Assembly: GCA_964433635.1 (NCBI GenBank) | Contig: CAYSSG010000005.1 | Span: forward strand, 11,295 to 75,294 | DNA length: 64,000 bases | Direction of reading: 5' to 3' | From: an uncultured Atribacterota bacterium | GTDB taxonomy: Bacteria; Atribacterota; Phoenicimicrobiia; Phoenicimicrobiales; Stramentimicrobiaceae | Shown here: positions 59,427 through 64,000 of the stretch, one piece after another | Layout of the letters: each line of letters starts with the position of its first letter | Position numbering within the stretch: position 1 is the first letter of the stretch | Translations under genes and position numbers: made by a program | The notes under the pieces: generated by a model | The model's database searches: none | What the model saw: only the letters and a program-made list of their open reading frames with translations | Told to the model about the DNA's origin: nothing

Positions 59427-59831
59427 ATGTACAGGAAAGAAAAGGAATTGTTCTCTGAATTAATCTCTATTATTGCTCATCTGAGAGGTCCCCGGGGATG
59501 CCTCTGGGACAGGAAACAGACACTCTCTTCCATGGTGCCTAATATTCTAGAGGAAGCCCAGGAGATTAAGGAGGCTGTGCAGGCTGATGATTATCAAAAC
59601 CTCTGTGAAGAATTGGGAGACCTGCTGATGGATATATTAATGGAGATACAGATAGCATACGAGGCTGGCTTATTTGATTATCAGCAGGTATTAAACGGTG
59701 CCCGGGAAAAGTTTGTTCGCAGACATCCGCATGTTTTTGGTGATGTTACGGTGAAGACCCCGGAAGAAGCTTTACTGGTCTGGAAACGGATGAAGAAAGA
59801 GGAAAAGAAGAATCAGGCACATCACGATTAA
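59427..59831 (+). CDS. MazG-family nucleoside triphosphate pyrophosphohydrolase (YabN-like)
   Basis: EEAQEIKEAV...EELGDLLMDIL...RHPHVF motifs. Positioned after mfd as in Bacillus. Confidence 0.75.
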   Translation: MYRKEKELFSELISIIAHLRGPRGCLWDRKQTLSSMVPNILEEAQEIKEAVQADDYQNLCEELGDLLMDILMEIQIAYEAGLFDYQQVLNGAREKFVRRHPHVFGDVTVKTPEEALLVWKRMKKEEKKNQAHHD

Positions 59832-59888
59832 AAAATATTTTAATCTGAAGGATGATAAAAATATGATATGAAAGGGAGGTATCTGGTG

Positions 59889-61205
59889 ATGGGAACAGTA
59901 AAAGTCTTTGCAAGGAAAAGATGGATTCTGTTGGCTTCAGCCATCAGTCTGGCAGTTATCCTGTTTTGGCTTGTTTCCCCAACCGCCTTTGCTTCTGAAA
60001 CGCTTGCCCTGAACCTGAATCAATGTATTGAGCTTGCCCTGGAAAAGAATCTGGGTTACCTGGTTTCACAAAGTACCGTTGAGGTAAAAGAAGCCCAGAT
60101 TGAAGAAGCAGAAGGAGCCAAAAAAATCAATGTAAAATTACAGGGCGGTTATATCAGAATGAATGAAGCACCTGATATTGAGAGTATCATGGAGGGTGAT
60201 TTCAGCTATCTTACTTCTACCGGAAAGGGCGCACCCTATATTAATGTAAGTATTTCCAAAATCCTGTACAGTGGCGGGAAATTTGAGTCGCTCATAGAGC
60301 AGGCAGAAGCTGACCGGTCTATTGCTTTAAATGACCTGGAAAATAAGGCACAGGAAGTGATCTTTCAGGTAACCCGGGCATATTATGGTGTATTACAGAC
60401 TGAAGGGCTGAGAAAGGTCAGTGAACAGGCATTGACTCAGATAAAAGCGCACATGGAAACCTCTCAGGCTTTGTTAGCAGAGGGCATGATCGCCCCGATT
60501 GATTTAAACCGGATTAAATCCCAATTATCAAACCTGGAACACAACCTGATTCGCGCTGAAAACGGTTATGATTTAGCTGTTTACAATCTGAATTCTGTCA
60601 TGGGGATTGGCCTGGAAACGAATGTCCGGTTACAGAACAACCTTTCCTATGAACCCTGTGCCATTACCCTGGAAGAGGCAATGGAAAAGGCGATTGAATA
60701 TCGGCCGGAAATAAAGAATGTAGCGCAGCAGGGGTTGATCATGGAGGGAATGCTGGATATAGCGAGAAGCAATAAGAAGCCGCAAATCTATATGAATCTG
60801 GAATCCGGAATAACCGGCTGGCAGGTTGCTTTCATCGGTGAGGTTCCTATCTTTGATGGTGGTGTGAATAAAGCGAAAATTAAACAGGCAGAGATCAGTC
60901 TGTCTCAGATGGATCAGAACCGGAAGCAGGTGGAGCAGTTCATTGAATTTGAGGTCCGTTCGGCTTACCTGAATATGAAAGAAGCAGAAAAATTAATCAG
61001 TGTAACCGAACAGGGCATTGAAAATTCGAAGGAAAGTTTTCGTATTGCCCAGGTAAAATATAATGAAGGAATTGCCACCAACACCGAAGTCATTGATGCT
61101 CAAAGTGCCCTGATCGAAGCAGAGACCAATCACCTGAATGCACTGTATGATTATAATACCAACAGGGCAGCTTTAATAAAAGCCATGGGTATCATCGGTC
61201 AGTAA
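59889..61205 (+). CDS. TolC-family outer-membrane efflux channel
   Basis: Signal peptide ending AFA-SE. Two tandem alpha-helical repeat halves with beta-barrel segments typical of outer-membrane factor (OMF) proteins. ORF opens at 59868. Confidence 0.75.
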   Translation: MGTVKVFARKRWILLASAISLAVILFWLVSPTAFASETLALNLNQCIELALEKNLGYLVSQSTVEVKEAQIEEAEGAKKINVKLQGGYIRMNEAPDIESIMEGDFSYLTSTGKGAPYINVSISKILYSGGKFESLIEQAEADRSIALNDLENKAQEVIFQVTRAYYGVLQTEGLRKVSEQALTQIKAHMETSQALLAEGMIAPIDLNRIKSQLSNLEHNLIRAENGYDLAVYNLNSVMGIGLETNVRLQNNLSYEPCAITLEEAMEKAIEYRPEIKNVAQQGLIMEGMLDIARSNKKPQIYMNLESGITGWQVAFIGEVPIFDGGVNKAKIKQAEISLSQMDQNRKQVEQFIEFEVRSAYLNMKEAEKLISVTEQGIENSKESFRIAQVKYNEGIATNTEVIDAQSALIEAETNHLNALYDYNTNRAALIKAMGIIGQ

Positions 61206-61276
61206 GTAAGAAGATCAGAAGAATCAAATGCTTTATTTTTTGACGCGATTGCTGATGGCGTTTTTTAAGTATATTT

Positions 61277-61366
61277 TCTGATGATGTCATTTTCAATTGA
61301 TCAAAACACGACCTGGTTTTGATTATTGATTTGCCCAAAAATGCAGGGTTGAAAATGACATCCATA
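61277..61366. repeat. 13-bp inverted repeat pair between the tolC-like and MFP genes
   Basis: ATGTCATTTTCAA (61277-61289) and TTGAAAATGACAT (61354-61366). Confidence 0.5.
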
Positions 61367-61475
61367 TTCAATAAGGTCAATTTTCATGAGAATCATTGAC
61401 AGTTTTTCAAAGAGAGTTTCCTCATGAAATTGTTAATCCTGGAAAAATCATGATGTAGAGAGGAATAGATGCCGG

Positions 61476-62759
61476 ATGAAGATAAGAGGACGCTTTCTCT
61501 TTTTTGTTATTCTACTATTACTTGCAGGTTTGGTAGCATTTCGGGTAGTCAGTCAGCTTAACCTGAATAAAAAAAATGAGCCACAAATCAACCAGGAGTT
61601 ACCTGAAAAAATAATTCCTGTTCAGGCAGCAAGCGTGCAGCACGGTGAGATGAAGACATTTCTGACAGTGACAGGTCTGGTAGAGCCCAGGGAGACCGTG
61701 AGGGTAAATGCCAAAATAATAGGGCAGGTGAAAGAGGTTCTGGTTTCTGAAGGGGAAGATGTTGAAAAAGATGACCTGTTAATACGCCTGGATGATGAGC
61801 AGATTCGCCTGCAGATTGACCAGGCAAAGGCAACCCGGGATTCAGCTCAGGCATCCCTGGAAAAAGTAAAGGCAGGTGCCCGTCCACAGGAGGTTAGCCA
61901 GGCTGAAGCAGCTATGCAGCAGTCAAAAATCAATCTGGACAGCATAGAAGAAAATTATCTGCGGATGGAAAAATTATTGTCTGAAGGAGCAGTTTCACAG
62001 CAGCAGTACGATCAGGCTAAGGGGCAATATGAAATTGCCGTGTCTCAGTACCGGGCAGCTGAAGAGAGATATGATCTGGTTAAGGAAGGTGCTTCACAGG
62101 AAGATATCAGAACAGTTGAAGCGCAGGTCAGGCAGGCACAGTCTGCACTGGAAATAGCTGAATCTCAATTAAGAAATACGATTGTCAGGGCACCCGTCAG
62201 CGGAAAAGTAACTGCTGTTTCGGTGAAAACCGGAGAGATCGTTTCTTCTGCAGTCCCCCTGTTGACCATATTGGATGTCAGTGAGTTATTTGTTATATCA
62301 GGAATTTCAGAAAAGGATATCGCTTCAGTTAAGATTGGGCAGCAATCAGAGGTTTTTATTGACGCATTTCCTCAGGAAAAATTTTCCGGTGAAGTGTTCA
62401 CTATGGGTGCTATCGTTAATCCGACCAGTAAAACGATGGAGATTAAAATCAAGATTATCGAACCGCATATCTATATACCTCCCGGCGTTTTTGCCCGAGC
62501 AAATATTTTAATACAAAAAAATCCCGAAGCATTGGTGATTCCTTCTGCTGCCCTGACCAGGAGATCTGATGGGCTGTTTGTTTATGTGCTCAATCAGGAT
62601 ATAGCAGAGCGGAGAGCTGTCATCACCGGGATCTCACAGGGTAACCAGGTAGAAGTGGTAGAGGGATTACATTTGGATGAAATCATCGTCGTATCGGGAA
62701 ATATTACCCTGGAAGAAGGGGATCGGGTAAGGGTAACCAATCGGGAGGAGATTGAGTGA
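61476..62759 (+). CDS. RND efflux membrane-fusion (HlyD/AcrA-family) periplasmic adaptor
   Basis: N-terminal TM anchor. Coiled-coil hairpin and biotinyl/lipoyl-like and beta-barrel domains (IRLDDEQIRLQIDQAKA...). 427 aa. Confidence 0.8.
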   Translation: MKIRGRFLFFVILLLLAGLVAFRVVSQLNLNKKNEPQINQELPEKIIPVQAASVQHGEMKTFLTVTGLVEPRETVRVNAKIIGQVKEVLVSEGEDVEKDDLLIRLDDEQIRLQIDQAKATRDSAQASLEKVKAGARPQEVSQAEAAMQQSKINLDSIEENYLRMEKLLSEGAVSQQQYDQAKGQYEIAVSQYRAAEERYDLVKEGASQEDIRTVEAQVRQAQSALEIAESQLRNTIVRAPVSGKVTAVSVKTGEIVSSAVPLLTILDVSELFVISGISEKDIASVKIGQQSEVFIDAFPQEKFSGEVFTMGAIVNPTSKTMEIKIKIIEPHIYIPPGVFARANILIQKNPEALVIPSAALTRRSDGLFVYVLNQDIAERRAVITGISQGNQVEVVEGLHLDEIIVVSGNITLEEGDRVRVTNREEIE

Positions 62760-64000
62760 ACCTGCCGAAGTTCTCAGTGGATAGACCTGTTACCATACTG
62801 ATGCTTTTTATTGCCCTGATAGTGATTGGAATCATTTCTTATCAGGGATTAGGTCTTGATTTACTGCCTGATCTTTCTTTCCCAATTTCTGCTGTCATCG
62901 TCTCTTATCCGGGCGTTGCCCCGGAGGAGATTGAAACACTCATTACGATTCCCCTGGAGGAGGCTGTAAGCACCATCAGTCGCATCGATACGATTACCTC
63001 CTATTCCAGGGAGGGCAGTTCTGTGGTGCTTTTATCCTTTCAATGGGGAACGGATATGGATATTGCCTCTCTGGAAATAAGAGAAAAGATAGATCAGATC
63101 AAAAGCATACTCCCTGACGGAGCAAGCGATCCCATCATTTTTAAAGCTGATCCGTCCATGATGCCGATGATGGTATTGGGTATGAGTTCTGAACAATATG
63201 AACTCCAGGAATTAGAAAAATTTGCCCAGGATGTAGCAAAACCCAGGCTGGAAAGACTGGAAGGGATTGCCCAAGCTGCCGTCAGCGGTGGACTGGAGAG
63301 AGAAATCCTGGTTTCCGTAAATAGTGAAAAGCTGCGGGCGAACATGCTGACTTTTAATCAGGTCGTCATGTCCCTGGGCAGTGAGAATATCAACTTACCG
63401 GCCGGTACTGTAAGGGAAGGAAATGTAGATTTTCTTATCAGGACACTGGGTCGTTTTGAAGATATGGAAGATATTCGCAACGTGGTCATCGCCAATATGC
63501 AGGGTCATCAGTTTTATCTCAGAGAAATTGCCCAGGTTTCGGATACATTCAAGGAACAGAACGCCATTGCCCATATGAATGGTTCACCCAGTATAGCCTT
63601 CAGTCTTCAGAAGGAATCAGGAACCAATACGGTGATTGTTGCCAACCGGATAAACAGAGAGCTTGAAACCATAGAGAGCATCCTTCCCGGGGATATTAAA
63701 TTAATTACTATCTATGATTCATCTGATTTTATCAAAAAAACAATCTCCGAGGTTACCAGTACCTTGCTCATCGGAGCGTTGCTGGCAATCCTCGTATTAT
63801 ACATCTTTCTGCGCAGCTTCAGCAGCACATTCATTATTGGTTTAGCGATTCCCATCTCTGTTATCTCTGCCTTCACGCTGCTCTATTTTGCTGATTTGAC
63901 CTTAAATATGATGACCTTAGGCGGGCTGGCATTAGGAATAGGCATGCTGGTGGATAATGGAATTGTGGTCTCTGAGAATATTTTTCGGCATCGGGAATTG
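62756..64000 (+). CDS. RND (AcrB/HAE1-family) efflux permease, 5' portion (runs off window)
   Basis: GTG start overlapping the MFP stop, after GGGAGGAG. VNLPKFSVDRPVTILMLFIALIVIG TM1, large periplasmic loop, and GLALGIGMLVDNGIVVSENIFRH, typical of AcrB. Confidence 0.8.
   Translation, partial: MNLPKFSVDRPVTILMLFIALIVIGIISYQGLGLDLLPDLSFPISAVIVSYPGVAPEEIETLITIPLEEAVSTISRIDTITSYSREGSSVVLLSFQWGTDMDIASLEIREKIDQIKSILPDGASDPIIFKADPSMMPMMVLGMSSEQYELQELEKFAQDVAKPRLERLEGIAQAAVSGGLEREILVSVNSEKLRANMLTFNQVVMSLGSENINLPAGTVREGNVDFLIRTLGRFEDMEDIRNVVIANMQGHQFYLREIAQVSDTFKEQNAIAHMNGSPSIAFSLQKESGTNTVIVANRINRELETIESILPGDIKLITIYDSSDFIKKTISEVTSTLLIGALLAILVLYIFLRSFSSTFIIGLAIPISVISAFTLLYFADLTLNMMTLGGLALGIGMLVDNGIVVSENIFRHREL

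Noticed and set aside
1-64000. Mobile genetic elements or prophage or defence islands (transposase, integrase, RM, toxin-antitoxin, CRISPR-Cas)
   Set aside because: No ORF in either strand shows DDE transposase, tyrosine/serine recombinase, methyltransferase/restriction, or Cas signatures. The window is core housekeeping plus energy metabolism.

Overview
This 64 kb window looks like a core chromosomal region of a low-GC, anaerobic, spore-former-related bacterium, almost entirely coded on the + strand. TolC and RND efflux genes sit beside WhiA and SpoVG, which suggests a diderm Firmicute, although I cannot identify the taxon.

Gene content in order:
- yvcK-whiA-rpoN(sigma-54)-gap-tpiA-secG and a nicotinate-PRTase-like gene.
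- tRNA-Leu, then hypA and a complete 14-gene Pyrococcus-type Mbh/Mrp energy-converting [NiFe] hydrogenase (mbhA-N), with a convergent maturation protease.
- A SPOR-domain protein and the redox repressor Rex.
- A sigmaA promoter and perfect Rex operator in front of a sensory module (DRTGG, CBS-GHKL kinase, DRTGG, PHP, GHKL ATPase) fused to a HydABC-like soluble formate dehydrogenase. That dehydrogenase comprises a Trx-like ferredoxin, NuoE, a NuoF-GltD fusion and a Cys-type FdhA, followed by focA, mobA and fdhD.
- hypB, hypFCD, hypE, an AMMECR1 gene, mreBC, an M16 peptidase, DUF951, rpsF-rpsR, yybS-like, rplI and dnaB.
- A four-tRNA cluster, rsmA, spoVG, tRNA-Gln, glmU-prs-ctc-pth-pfkA-mfd-mazG and a TolC/MFP/RND efflux operon.

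The most unusual structure in the window is a family of about 20-25 nt imperfect inverted motifs (core GTATACCGTATTACGTATAC). They bracket four intergenic cassettes: the left copy sits at the stop codon of the upstream gene and the right copy just before the next promoter or RBS. Two of these cassettes split the hyp operon, and one carries a 131-bp perfect direct duplication upstream of tRNA-Leu.

No CRISPR array, transposase, integrase or recognisable defence genes were seen.
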